DNA of 64,000 nucleotides from Cenarchaeum sp. (GTDB lineage Archaea; Thermoproteota; Nitrososphaeria; Nitrososphaerales; Nitrosopumilaceae), in the NCBI GenBank assembly GCA_965206845.1, contig OZ242221.1, positions 192,001-256,000 of the forward strand. Direction: 5' to 3'. The notes under the pieces are model-generated. The model had not been told where the DNA came from and ran no database searches. It worked only from the letters and a program-made list of their open reading frames with translations. Numbering within the stretch: position 1 is the first letter of the stretch; each line of letters begins with the position of its first letter. Shown piece after piece: positions 21,086 to 31,126 of this stretch. The position numbers and the translations under genes are program-made.

Positions 21086-22069
21086 GTGAGCAGTTGGCGC
21101 CTGAGTGGAAGGATATCAAAGGACGGAACTGCGCCGCTGTCTGACAAGATCTTCCGGTTCGGCGCCACCATTGCGGGAGTATACGTCCTTGCCATCATAG
21201 TGATCATGGTGATACAGCTGGGCATCGAGTCCGGGCCAATCTGGGAAGAGAGCGGCCTGGGATTCATCATCAGCACGGACTGGAACCCGGCGGAGGGCAG
21301 GGAGTCCTTTGGGGCCCTGCCGTACGTGCTGGGAACGCTGATCACGTCTGCCATTGCCATGGCCATAGCCGTGCCCCTGAGCATAGGGATTGCAATGTTT
21401 GTCATGATCGTGCCCAAAAGGATCGGCACCCCCATGGGATACATGATCGAGCTGCTAGAGGCGGTGCCCAGCGTGGTGTACGGCCTCTGGGGCCTGTTCG
21501 TCTTCAGGATATACTTTCGGGACTGGCTGGAGCGGCCCCTGCATGATGCCTTTGGAGACTCGATATTCCTGTTCTCCGGAACCCCGTTCGGCCTGGACGT
21601 CCTCTCGGCCAGCGTGATCCTCTCAATTATGATCATCCCCACAATATCCGCAGTCTCTCGGGAGGTCATGATGGCCGTGCCCCACCAGCAGAAGGAGGCC
21701 GCGTACATGCTCGGCTCCACCACCTGGGAGATGTTCCGGCTGTCCGTGTTTCCCTACTCCAAGGCGGGCCTCATAGGGGCATCGGTCATGGGACTGGGCC
21801 GGGCAATAGGGGAGACCATGGCAGTAACCATGCTCATCGGAAATGCCGTGGGCGCATCTGCCATACCACAGTCGTTCTTTCATCCCAGCCAGACGATGAC
21901 CAGCGTCATTGCAAACGAGTTCATCGAGGCCTCGCCCGTATCGCTGCATGTTCCGGCTCTGATCGGAGTGGGCATGGTGCTGCTGCTGGTCGCGCTGGCA
22001 GTAAACGTGCTGGCCCACTATATCGTCACAAGGATGCTCAAGGTAAGGGGGGAGATCATAAAGAATTGA
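21086..22069 (+). CDS. pstC: Phosphate ABC transporter permease
   Basis: GTLITS, ELL.AVPSVVYGLWG, GLGRAIGETMAV. Confidence 0.93.
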   Translation: MSSWRLSGRISKDGTAPLSDKIFRFGATIAGVYVLAIIVIMVIQLGIESGPIWEESGLGFIISTDWNPAEGRESFGALPYVLGTLITSAIAMAIAVPLSIGIAMFVMIVPKRIGTPMGYMIELLEAVPSVVYGLWGLFVFRIYFRDWLERPLHDAFGDSIFLFSGTPFGLDVLSASVILSIMIIPTISAVSREVMMAVPHQQKEAAYMLGSTTWEMFRLSVFPYSKAGLIGASVMGLGRAIGETMAVTMLIGNAVGASAIPQSFFHPSQTMTSVIANEFIEASPVSLHVPALIGVGMVLLLVALAVNVLAHYIVTRMLKVRGEIIKN

Positions 22070-22995
22070 ATCCCGCAGAACGGAACCGGCGGCGCGGGGA
22101 GATCCGGGCCATGTTCAGGTCAAACGTCGCAGGCAGGCTCCTAAAGGACAAGATCATGATCGGCGCCATAACCGCTAGCGCCGTACTGGCCATAGTGCCG
22201 CTGGTCTGGATTCTGGCACAGCTGGTGGTGGGGGGAGCGCCGGCCCTGAGCTGGGAGTTTATCACCGGGACGCCGGGCGCCGTCGGCGCCGGAACGATCA
22301 ACGTGGGACCTGCCATCCAGGGCACGCTGATCATAATCGGGCTGTCGTCGGCCATCGGAATACCCATCGGGGTAATGACAGGAATCTACCTCTCGGAGGT
22401 GAGCGACAGCAGGGTGGCAAAGCAGATACGGTTCTTTCTGGATGTGTTCATGCAGGTCCCGTCCATAGTGCTGGGACTGTTTGCGTTTCTGGCAATAGTG
22501 CTCATACTGGGACACTTTTCCATCTGGGCCGGCGCCTTTGCACTCTCCCTCATCATGTTTCCGATAGTGGCCAGATCCGCCGAGGAGCAGCTGAAGATGG
22601 TTCCCTGGACATACAGGGAGGCAGGAACGGCGCTGGGCCTCAAAAAGGCAACCATAACCATCAGGATAGTGGTCGCCGCCGCCAAGAAGAGGATGCTGAC
22701 CGGAATTCTTTTGTCGGTATCCAGGATAGGCGGAGAGAGCGCCCCGCTCATCATGACCATCCTGGGCAGCAGCCAGTTCTTTCAGGGCCTTGATGCCCCA
22801 ATGGACGCGCTACCCCTGAGAATCTGGAGGTTCTCGCTACTTCCCTACGAGGACGCAAGGCTTGCCGGCTGGGGGGCGGCCCTCGTCCTGGTGATCATAA
22901 TACTGCTGATTCACGTAGGCGTCCGATACTGGTTCCAAGGGAGGAGCAAAGGTTTAATTCAATCGGACAGGCCTAGAGGGGTAAAAGGGACATGA
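22066..22995 (+). CDS. pstA: Phosphate ABC transporter permease
   Basis: [29 protein letters not shown]. Confidence 0.92.
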   Translation: MNPAERNRRRGEIRAMFRSNVAGRLLKDKIMIGAITASAVLAIVPLVWILAQLVVGGAPALSWEFITGTPGAVGAGTINVGPAIQGTLIIIGLSSAIGIPIGVMTGIYLSEVSDSRVAKQIRFFLDVFMQVPSIVLGLFAFLAIVLILGHFSIWAGAFALSLIMFPIVARSAEEQLKMVPWTYREAGTALGLKKATITIRIVVAAAKKRMLTGILLSVSRIGGESAPLIMTILGSSQFFQGLDAPMDALPLRIWRFSLLPYEDARLAGWGAALVLVIIILLIHVGVRYWFQGRSKGLIQSDRPRGVKGT

Positions 22996-23819
22996 CCGCG
23001 CTAGCTATACAGGACGGGCCAGGTACCGTAAAGATGGCAAGCCCCACCAAGATGTCCAAGATCCGCTACAAGATGATCGCCGAGAATGTCAGCGTCCACT
23101 ACGGCGAGAGCATGGCAGTCAGAGACGTCACGCTAAGGTTTCCGGAGAACTCGGTTACCGCACTGATCGGACCATCCGGCTGCGGCAAGACAACATTTCT
23201 CCGGTGCCTCAACAGGATGCACGACATGACGCCGGGATCCCGCGTGGATGGAAAGGTCACGATAGACGATACGAACCTGTACGACAAGAGTGTGGATCCC
23301 ATATACCACAGGAGAAAGGTCGGCATGGTGTTTCAAAAGCCCAACCCGTTTCCGACGATGTCCATATACGACAATGTGGTAGCAGGCGTAAGGCTGAACG
23401 GCGTCAGGAACCGCTCCGTGCTAGACGAGATCGTGGAGGACTGCCTCAAGATGGCTTACCTGTGGGACGAGGTAAAGGACAACCTAAAGAAGCCCGCCAT
23501 AGAGCTCTCAGGGGGCCAGCAGCAGAGGCTGTGCATAGCCAGGGCGCTGGCAATCCAGCCAGAGGTGCTGCTCATGGACGAGCCCGCATCGGCGCTGGAT
23601 CCAATCGCGACCCAGAAGATCGAGGAGACGATCACCGAGCTCTCCAAGGAGTACTGCATCATCATAGTCACCCACAACATGCAGCAGGCCATAAGGTGTT
23701 CAGACTATACGGCATTCATGTACCTGGGCGATCTGATCGAGTACGGCACCACAGAGCAGATCTTCCACAATCCCAAGGACGAGCTGACGGCCAAGTACGT
23801 CGAAGGCCAGTTCGGATGA
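22992..23819 (+). CDS. pstB: Phosphate ABC transporter ATPase
   Basis: [39 protein letters not shown]. Confidence 0.95.
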   Translation: MTALAIQDGPGTVKMASPTKMSKIRYKMIAENVSVHYGESMAVRDVTLRFPENSVTALIGPSGCGKTTFLRCLNRMHDMTPGSRVDGKVTIDDTNLYDKSVDPIYHRRKVGMVFQKPNPFPTMSIYDNVVAGVRLNGVRNRSVLDEIVEDCLKMAYLWDEVKDNLKKPAIELSGGQQQRLCIARALAIQPEVLLMDEPASALDPIATQKIEETITELSKEYCIIIVTHNMQQAIRCSDYTAFMYLGDLIEYGTTEQIFHNPKDELTAKYVEGQFG

Positions 23820-24140
23820 GCCCGTAGCACACACAGGCATCCCAGCCCCCGCGTCCTGGACGGCGCATCACTTTGCGTCCACCAGATACTGCGCCTGGCA
23901 GAGCAGGGTTCTGTTCATCCACCTGTTCCCCCAACGCGGAACCGCAGGATGCCGTCTTTTGCAGGGTGCGTCCCAGGCAGTGTCACTGCCGGTACGCGGG
24001 GCGCCTGCCGCGCCGGGCTAGGCGCAAAGACCCGCCCGGATGCGTGTTTTGGCGCACAGATGTGGTCGGGTGGAGCACGGCCACGCACACACCCCGGAAT
24101 AAAACTCTAAAGTACTGTGTGGTGGTAACATGTATGGCGT

Positions 24141-24767
24141 ATGACCAGAATGATGGATCCCAGCATAATGCAGCTGTCCCAGCTGCTCTCCGAGATGGGG
24201 AACATGGCCATCAAGAGCGTCCAGATGGCGGTATCGTCCTACCTGCGCGGCGAGAACACTGCAAAAAAGGTAAAGAAGCTGTCAGACGGCATCACCAAGA
24301 CATACAACCAAGTGGGCGACCTCACGTTTGAGATCATGTTCAAGTACCAGCCAGTGGCGTCTGACTTTCGCTTTATCAGATCCGCCATTGAGATCTCCCA
24401 CGCATACCACCGGTTCGGAAGATACGCCTATGACATATCACAGGTGCGCGACAAGTTCGGGGACATCTCGCACTGCAAGACCGAGTGGCTCTCGGGAGCG
24501 TCGGCTGAGATCCTTCAGATGACCAAGAGCGCCACGGAGTCATTTGCGACCCTGGACGTCAAAAAGGCGCAGCGCATACAGGAGAACGAAGACTATGTGG
24601 ACAAGCTGTACCGCGGAAGGATTCCCATGCTGATCCTTCATCACGATACCAAGTGCGCGCTCGCCGAGGCCCTGCTGCTCCGATACCTTGAGAGGATAGG
24701 CGATCACGCCGTGTTCATGAGCAGGGCCGTAATATACATAGTAACGGGGCGGCACGAGACGGGATAA
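24141..24767 (+). CDS. phoU: PhoU family protein
   Basis: YQPVASDFR and RYLERIGDHA. Confidence 0.88.
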   Translation: MTRMMDPSIMQLSQLLSEMGNMAIKSVQMAVSSYLRGENTAKKVKKLSDGITKTYNQVGDLTFEIMFKYQPVASDFRFIRSAIEISHAYHRFGRYAYDISQVRDKFGDISHCKTEWLSGASAEILQMTKSATESFATLDVKKAQRIQENEDYVDKLYRGRIPMLILHHDTKCALAEALLLRYLERIGDHAVFMSRAVIYIVTGRHETG

Positions 24768-24769
24768 CC

Positions 24770-25270
24770 ATGTACGTCTACATACTCCGGCACGGCAAGG
24801 CGCAGGATCACAATCACACGACGGGGGATTTTAAGAGAAACCTGACGGTCGCGGGAAGCGCAGAAGTGGAGCAGATCGGCACATCCATGAAGAACCTCGG
24901 CCTGTCCTTTGACACCATAGCGACCAGCCCGCTGAACCGTGCCAAGCAGACGGCACAGATAGTGGCAAAAAGGATCGGCGCCGCAAAGCCGGTAGAGTGG
25001 GATGAGTTGAAGCCCGAGGCAGATCTGGCGTCCCTGTACGGGAAGCTGTACGCCCTCGGGGTCGGCTCCAGGGTGTTGCTGGTGGGCCACGAGCCCCACC
25101 TGTCCTGCCTCATCGCGGACGTGATGACCGGGGGGCAGGACGTCGGCTGCGGCCTGGTTCTAAGAAAGCCCGGTCTTGCCAGGCTTGCCATCAGTACCCT
25201 CATGCCGGATCAGCTCTCCGGGAACCTGGATCTGCTACTCACACCGAAGATTCTCAGAAGACTCTCCTGA
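24770..25270 (+). CDS. sixA: Phosphohistidine phosphatase SixA
   Basis: LRHGKA, SPL.RA.QTA, LVGHEP. Confidence 0.88.
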   Translation: MYVYILRHGKAQDHNHTTGDFKRNLTVAGSAEVEQIGTSMKNLGLSFDTIATSPLNRAKQTAQIVAKRIGAAKPVEWDELKPEADLASLYGKLYALGVGSRVLLVGHEPHLSCLIADVMTGGQDVGCGLVLRKPGLARLAISTLMPDQLSGNLDLLLTPKILRRLS

Positions 25271-25371
25271 CTGCCAAGCGATCCGTCGGATCACATGCCC
25301 GGCGCAGCTGGGGCGCGCCGCGGCAATAAATGTAGAATAAATAGCGCCAAAAGAACACCAAACTGGGAAGA

Positions 25372-26871
25372 ATGTATCCTACAGGCGCAGCGGTAATTGA
25401 TCTGGGATCAAATACTGCCAAGCTCGTAAACTACAGGATCGTCCGTGACGGCTCCTTTGAGCACTATCAGGACGAGAGTACCCACACAAGGCTGGGCGAG
25501 GGCCTGACCCAGACCGGTTTTCTTGGGGACGAGGCCATGGATCGGGCGATACCTGTCCTGAGGAGGTTCCGGGAGATCGTCGATCTGCAGTCCATCAGGC
25601 ACATACTCCCCGTTGCCACCAGCGCAGTAAGGGAGGCCGCAAACGGTGCAGAGTTTCTGCTGCGCGTGCGCCACGAGACCGGATTCAAGTTCAGGATCCT
25701 CACCATAAAGGAGGAGGCGCTGTACTCGTACTTTGGCGCTGCATGCTCGCTTAGGATTCCATCCATGCTGTTCTTTGATCTGGGCGGCGGGAGCCTGGAG
25801 ATCGTGCTTGCCCGGAACTTTGAGATAAAGAGGATCATGTCGCTGCCACTGGGGGCGCTGAGGCTGACACAGATGTATGCAGATGATCCGGACGGCTCGT
25901 TCTCGGTGGCGAGCGTCGAGAAGATGAAGGACTGGATCGCACACCTGATTCCGAGCAGGGACGAGCTTGACATGGATCCGGGAACGGTCATGGTGGGCGT
26001 GGGCGGAACGCTGCGCAACATAGTCAAGTTCCACCAGTCAGACACCGGCTACCCACTGACCAAGCTGCACAACTACTCGATGAGCGACGGCGCCATAGGC
26101 AAAATATCGAACATGCTCCAGGGAATGAAGCCCGGCAAGATTGCAAAGATCCAGAGCATCAACACCGGCAGGGCCGGGACCGTAACCGCTGGCGCGTGCG
26201 TCATTGACATGCTGATGAGGAGTCTGGAGTTTGGGCGCATTGCCCTAAGCGCGCATGCCCTGAGGGAGGGAACGCTTGGCGTATCGCTGGCGTTTGCAAA
26301 GTCCTACTCCGGCGGCCGGATCATCACCGAGGAGCAGATAGGGAGGGCCGTCCGCGCCGCATCTGCGCCGGATCCGCTGCCGGACTACCTGGGCACACTT
26401 TTGGGCATGCTGGAGGAGGACGGGAGGCTGGAGGAGAGCGGATCGCGCATACTCGCACACGCGCTGGCACACCTCCCCCCGACGTCCTCGTTCAGGAACC
26501 TTTCTGGCATGCTGCGCATGACCATGGATGTCGACAGCCACTTGAGCCACAGGGAGCAGATGATCTCCTCCCTGTCGGTAATCACATACAGAAAAAAGAG
26601 GGCAGCCGAGCAGGCGTCTAGCGGCTTTGAGGCCCTGCTGCGCCCCCGGGACAGAAAGACCGTCAAGAGGATCTCCTCCCTGCTTGCGCTCAAGGAGGTG
26701 CTTGACACGGCGGGAGCCGGCGTGTCGGTGCAGAGGGTCCCGGGCGGCATATCATTTGAGATCAGAACCACCGGCACCCTTCAGGAGATTCTGCTCAAGG
26801 GCGCCATCAAAAGGGTATCCGCAAGCTTCGGCATATCGGCCGGGTACCGGATTTCCGATCAGGCGCCATAG
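25372..26871 (+). CDS. ppx: Ppx/GppA exopolyphosphatase
   Basis: IDLGSNT, ATSAVREA.N, EEA, DLGGGSLE, GVGGT.R, LREG. Confidence 0.9.
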   Translation: MYPTGAAVIDLGSNTAKLVNYRIVRDGSFEHYQDESTHTRLGEGLTQTGFLGDEAMDRAIPVLRRFREIVDLQSIRHILPVATSAVREAANGAEFLLRVRHETGFKFRILTIKEEALYSYFGAACSLRIPSMLFFDLGGGSLEIVLARNFEIKRIMSLPLGALRLTQMYADDPDGSFSVASVEKMKDWIAHLIPSRDELDMDPGTVMVGVGGTLRNIVKFHQSDTGYPLTKLHNYSMSDGAIGKISNMLQGMKPGKIAKIQSINTGRAGTVTAGACVIDMLMRSLEFGRIALSAHALREGTLGVSLAFAKSYSGGRIITEEQIGRAVRAASAPDPLPDYLGTLLGMLEEDGRLEESGSRILAHALAHLPPTSSFRNLSGMLRMTMDVDSHLSHREQMISSLSVITYRKKRAAEQASSGFEALLRPRDRKTVKRISSLLALKEVLDTAGAGVSVQRVPGGISFEIRTTGTLQEILLKGAIKRVSASFGISAGYRISDQAP

Positions 26872-26888
26872 CGTTTTGGCGTGCGCGC

Positions 26889-27611
26889 CTAGCCCATAAC
26901 CTGCGCAAAGGCCGCATAGGGCTGCGCGCCGCTTACCGTTACCTCCTCGCCGCCGCTGAGCACGATGATGAAGGTCGGCGTCCGGTCTACGCCATGGCTC
27001 AGGCTCTCGCGAATGTTGCCTTCAACCCTCTGCTGGTATCTGTCTGAATCCAGGCACTCACTGAAGAGATCCGTATCCATGCCGATCTCTGCCGCAAACG
27101 CCTTCAGGTGCTCCGAGTCTGCCCAGCCGCTGTCGATTCTTGGCACCTGGGAGCTGTACAGCTGGTCGTGGTACTCCCAGTACATGCCCTGCTCCTCGGC
27201 GCAGTAGGTCGCCTGCGCCGCCTTGGGTGAGTCAAGCCCCAGCAGGGCTATGTCCATAAAGACCAGGTTGGCCTTGCCGGTATCTATGTAGTTCTCCTGT
27301 ATCGCGGGCTTGGTATCACGGAACCACTTGCCGCACAGGGAGCACTGGTAGTCGCCAAACTCGATCAGCGTAATTGGGGCATCCGGATCCCCGAGAACCG
27401 GCGAGCCCGTGGTGGTGACAACGCTTCCGTGCATTCTTGCAACGTCGGCATCCCCGGGCTCTGGGGCGTCAGCGACCTGCGGGGCGGTATCTGGTGCTAT
27501 GGGCACTTTGTCTGCAGCCCGGTTCGAGTCTGAGGCGTCAGAGATGTACGAGACGACAGCTGCGATGGCTATTAGCGCCGCAACTCCACCAATGATCGCC
27601 GACTTGTTCAC
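26889..27611 (-). CDS. Membrane-anchored DsbA/thioredoxin-like protein
   Basis: G.PDAPITLIEFGDYQCxxC, GV..TPTF, GAQPY. Confidence 0.88.
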   Translation of the reverse strand: MNKSAIIGGVAALIAIAAVVSYISDASDSNRAADKVPIAPDTAPQVADAPEPGDADVARMHGSVVTTTGSPVLGDPDAPITLIEFGDYQCSLCGKWFRDTKPAIQENYIDTGKANLVFMDIALLGLDSPKAAQATYCAEEQGMYWEYHDQLYSSQVPRIDSGWADSEHLKAFAAEIGMDTDLFSECLDSDRYQQRVEGNIRESLSHGVDRTPTFIIVLSGGEEVTVSGAQPYAAFAQVMG

Positions 27612-27658
27612 ATCTGCAAAAAAAGCGTTACCGCTTAAAAACCTGCTCCGGTTTCGGA

Positions 27659-27862
27659 TCAGGCGTTTCCCTTAAACAGGCGTGCAATCTTTGAGACCAG
27701 CGTGTCGATGGGGCACGACTCGCATGCCATTCCTGCGGAATGCCGTTCGCTATGCCTGTCATATTCACGTCTTGATCCAAACAGCGTGTCGCACTTTTCG
27801 CAGTACACCTTCGACGTTACCCGTCTCTCTTCTCCCATGCGTGCGCTGACACTCTGGGGCAT
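27659..27862 (-). CDS. Small C2H2-type zinc finger protein
   Basis: CxxC-x12-H-x3-H followed by CxxCP. Confidence 0.65.
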   Translation of the reverse strand: MPQSVSARMGEERRVTSKVYCEKCDTLFGSRREYDRHSERHSAGMACESCPIDTLVSKIARLFKGNA

Positions 27863-27914
27863 ATAAAGATCATGCAGTCCCCTCGGATCGCATCAGGTGC
27901 AGGAGCGGGTCATC

Positions 27915-28286
27915 CTACACATAGTGGATCTTCTTATGCTCGTTGTGCTCCACCTCGTACCGTGTGATAAATCCGCAGTGCGGGCAGGAGTACATTCCCA
28001 CCGAGGTCTGGGGGGCATCCCGCTTCAAGGCCTTTCCCGTGATTGACTTTATCAGCACGACATCCTGCTGGAGGATTACTGCAAAGTTTCTTTGCTCGCC
28101 TATGCTACCCAAAAACTCCTTGATGGAGGCGATAACATCTGCTGCATTGATCGTGTCCTCGTCGTCTATGGGCGAGAGGACAAACTCATGAGACTTGATT
28201 GCGGGTATGGCCCCTATCTGGTCAGAGACGTACACCAGCAGCTCGTGTTTTATGGACTCGACATTCCGGCAATCAACAGTCAGCAC
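27915..28286 (-). CDS. Protein with C-terminal C2H2 zinc finger
   Basis: CPHCG-x11-H-x3-H at the C-terminus. Confidence 0.75.
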   Translation of the reverse strand: MLTVDCRNVESIKHELLVYVSDQIGAIPAIKSHEFVLSPIDDEDTINAADVIASIKEFLGSIGEQRNFAVILQQDVVLIKSITGKALKRDAPQTSVGMYSCPHCGFITRYEVEHNEHKKIHYV

Positions 28287-28353
28287 AAAACAGTTTTAAA
28301 AAAAACACTATTTTAGTCTAACAGATTGGATAGATTCTTCCACGCGTGGCACC

Positions 28354-28737
28354 ATGGACTCGGAGACATTTGGCATTGAGAAGGGCCACGGCCAGAAGGC
28401 GGTGGACTGGATCAATGCGTGCGCCCGGCAGGAGAGGCTCAAGATTGAGGCAAGGCTGTACGGGCAGGATCTGGCGACCCAAAACTTTGGAGCCTTTGAG
28501 ATGTTCTCCTGGGTGGGAGACGTCAAGGTGGCCAGAAAGCTGATCATCCGGGCAAGCAAGCGGTACAGGATCAGGGTCATCGAGGGAGCCTACAAGACAA
28601 AAGAGAAGACATTCCGCATGAGAAGGACAGACTATGCAATGGTAAGAAGCGGAGACAGGATCATCGGCCATTTGGAGATGGAGGCCCCAAGGCTCGGCAG
28701 GGGCGGATGGAAGGTAAAGACAGAGGAGCGCAGGTAG
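28354..28737 (+). CDS. Conserved hypothetical protein
   Basis: Basic 127-aa ORF divergent from the zinc finger gene. Confidence 0.65.
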   Translation: MDSETFGIEKGHGQKAVDWINACARQERLKIEARLYGQDLATQNFGAFEMFSWVGDVKVARKLIIRASKRYRIRVIEGAYKTKEKTFRMRRTDYAMVRSGDRIIGHLEMEAPRLGRGGWKVKTEERR

Positions 28738-29001
28738 CGGCCCTGCGGCAAGGGTAGATCGCTCCCGCGTCTGCGTGTATGGCAGTCATTCCGGCAATGC
28801 CGACACCTGATCCGACGCTGCACGGCATGCGGCAGACCGGGCAGCCAGACAGGTGCGTGTTTACCTGTACGGATGCGAGATCAGGTTCCCCCATTCAGGC
28901 ACAGGTCTGCATGCCTTGGTGTGTTTTTACGCCCGATCCGGTATGACACGCGCCTGCCCGGCCCAGATTGCTTTTAATATTGCAGACTCGGGAGGTGCCA
29001 C

Positions 29002-29283
29002 ATGAAGGCAGTCTGGAACGGCCACACACTAGCCGAGAGCGATGACACCGTAATGGTCGAGGGCAACCACTACTTTCCCGCCGATTCCGTCAAGAGAGAG
29101 ATCCTTATGCCCAGCAGCCTGACATCCTTCTGCGGCTGGAAGGGCATGGCAAAGTACTACTCCGTTACGGTAGACGGCAAAACAAACAGGGACTGCGCGT
29201 GGTACTACGAGGAACCCAACGAGGCGGCCCAGAAGATCAGGGGCAGGATCGCGTTCTGGAACGGCGTCAAGGTAGTATCGTAG
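29002..29283 (+). CDS. DUF427 domain protein
   Basis: VEGNHYFP, C.WKG.A.YY, AWYY..P, RIAFW. Confidence 0.9.
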   Translation: MKAVWNGHTLAESDDTVMVEGNHYFPADSVKREILMPSSLTSFCGWKGMAKYYSVTVDGKTNRDCAWYYEEPNEAAQKIRGRIAFWNGVKVVS

Positions 29284-29463
29284 CCACCACCAACACTCCC
29301 GGAGGCATGTCAGAGATGCAGGCGGCGCGCACCTGCCGCGATCAAAGAGCGTTTTGTGCCGGCAAGGTACGGTATGAGCCCTGTCTATGTGGCATGGCGC
29401 GAGACAGACCGGACCATCCGTGCATGCGCCTGCCCCGGGGACACATCATCGTATCAATGGCCG

Positions 29464-29694
29464 TCAGCGCGCGACGGCAAGGGTACAGGTTGAGATGATC
29501 CCGGGTATGCGCCTGATCTCCCTAGAGACTGCATGCTCTATCCCCTCCACCGTGCTGGCGTCTATCCTGACAAGCAAGTCGTACGCCCCAAAGGTGGGCA
29601 TCACCTCCTGCACGGCGGCCATCTTTTGGATCCTGCGAACCGCCTCGGATCCATGATCCGCATCGCAGACGATCATGACAAATACAGTCTCCAT
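29464..29694 (-). CDS. Lrp/AsnC ligand-binding (RAM) domain protein
   Basis: V.EV..TFGAYDL, IR.IPGI.ST.TL. Confidence 0.85.
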   Translation of the reverse strand: METVFVMIVCDADHGSEAVRRIQKMAAVQEVMPTFGAYDLLVRIDASTVEGIEHAVSREIRRIPGIISTCTLAVAR

Positions 29695-29695
29695 C

Positions 29696-31126
29696 CTACT
29701 CGCCTTTTACCTCCATGCGTGATTTGAACCTTGGCGTGATGCCCAGTGAGCTGTAGTCCCCGGTGGTGCATGTGAAGCACATCGAGTCCAGCGGCAGGCC
29801 GATGGCGCGGGCCAGGTTCTCTGCGTCGTTGTATCCCAGAAAGTCGGCGCCGATGTCCCGGCGAATCTGCTCCACGGTCTTTCTGCCGGAGTCCGAGTTG
29901 CTGGAGAATGCCGCCAGCTCCTCCTGTGACGGAAAGTCGATTCCCGCATAGCACGGATACATGATTGGTGGGAATGTGATCAGCATGCTGATCTTCTTTG
30001 CGCCGGACCTCTTCAGGGCCTTGATTATTGCACGGGAGCTTGTGCCGCGAACCAGGCTGTCATCTATTACCACCACATGCTGCCCCTGGATGATCTCCCG
30101 AATCGGGATTATCCAGCGGTTTATCTCGACGCGGTCGCTCTGGTGCGGTTCGATGAAGCTGCGCAGTGGGCCCTTCTTTGAGTACCTGTCCTTGAGCAGG
30201 CCCTCGTCAAACGGTATGTTCAGCGCCTGCGCGTATCCCAGGGCCGCCGGGCGCGCCGAGTCCGGGACCGGAATCACCAGATCCGCGTCACGTATCGGAA
30301 ACTTTTCTGCCAGCAGGCGGCCTATCCTTTTGCGGGTCAGGTAGATGTTTGCGCCCCCCATACTGGACGCCGGGTGGGCAAAGTACGTAAACTCAAAGGA
30401 GCAGTGGGCCCGCCGGGTGTCGGTGGAGAACATCTCGCTTGCCATCCCGCTGCTGCTGAGCTTGATGAGCTCGCCGGGCTGGACATCGCGCTCAAGGTCC
30501 GCGCCAACAGCGGAGAGCGCCGAGGACTCGGAGGCCACGACAAACGTGTTGCCGTCCTTTTTGTGGCCCAACACCATGGGTCGAAACCCCTTGGGATCCC
30601 GGGCCGCATACACGGATCTGTCATCGGAGATGAACGTAAAGCAGTACGAGCCGACCATCTCGTTCTTCAGTATCGACAGCGCCTTGCCCATCTCCCCCTC
30701 TTGCGATATCAGGGATACGATGCGCTGCGCCGCAACCAGCGTGTCGCTGGAGCTCTGAGGCGTAAACGAGCACCCGCCCACCAGGTTTGAGAGCTCTTCC
30801 ACGTTCGCTATGGTGCCGTTGTGCGCCACGCAGAGATCCCTTACCTTCAGCGGCTGTGCGTTGTCAAGGCTGCTTTTGCCGATCGTGGAGTACCGGACAT
30901 GGCCTATTGCACACGGAGATGCGTACTCTGTGGTTATCTTTTTGAACTCGTGGGAGGAGCCGGATACCAGGCCGATTCTCTTGAAGGGCGCTTTGCCGGG
31001 AACGGCAATGCCCCAGGCCTCCTGGCCGCGGTGCTGCAGTGCGCGCAGCGCGTCTATTGCCAGTGGGATCACGTTCAGTCCCTCCATGCTGTATATCCCA
31101 ATGATGCCGCAGTTCTCCTTAACCAC
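29696..31126 (-). CDS. purF: Amidophosphoribosyltransferase
   Basis: ENCG, LQHRGQE, GHVRYST, VPDS, DDSLVRG. Confidence 0.95.
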   Translation of the reverse strand: MVKENCGIIGIYSMEGLNVIPLAIDALRALQHRGQEAWGIAVPGKAPFKRIGLVSGSSHEFKKITTEYASPCAIGHVRYSTIGKSSLDNAQPLKVRDLCVAHNGTIANVEELSNLVGGCSFTPQSSSDTLVAAQRIVSLISQEGEMGKALSILKNEMVGSYCFTFISDDRSVYAARDPKGFRPMVLGHKKDGNTFVVASESSALSAVGADLERDVQPGELIKLSSSGMASEMFSTDTRRAHCSFEFTYFAHPASSMGGANIYLTRKRIGRLLAEKFPIRDADLVIPVPDSARPAALGYAQALNIPFDEGLLKDRYSKKGPLRSFIEPHQSDRVEINRWIIPIREIIQGQHVVVIDDSLVRGTSSRAIIKALKRSGAKKISMLITFPPIMYPCYAGIDFPSQEELAAFSSNSDSGRKTVEQIRRDIGADFLGYNDAENLARAIGLPLDSMCFTCTTGDYSSLGITPRFKSRMEVKGE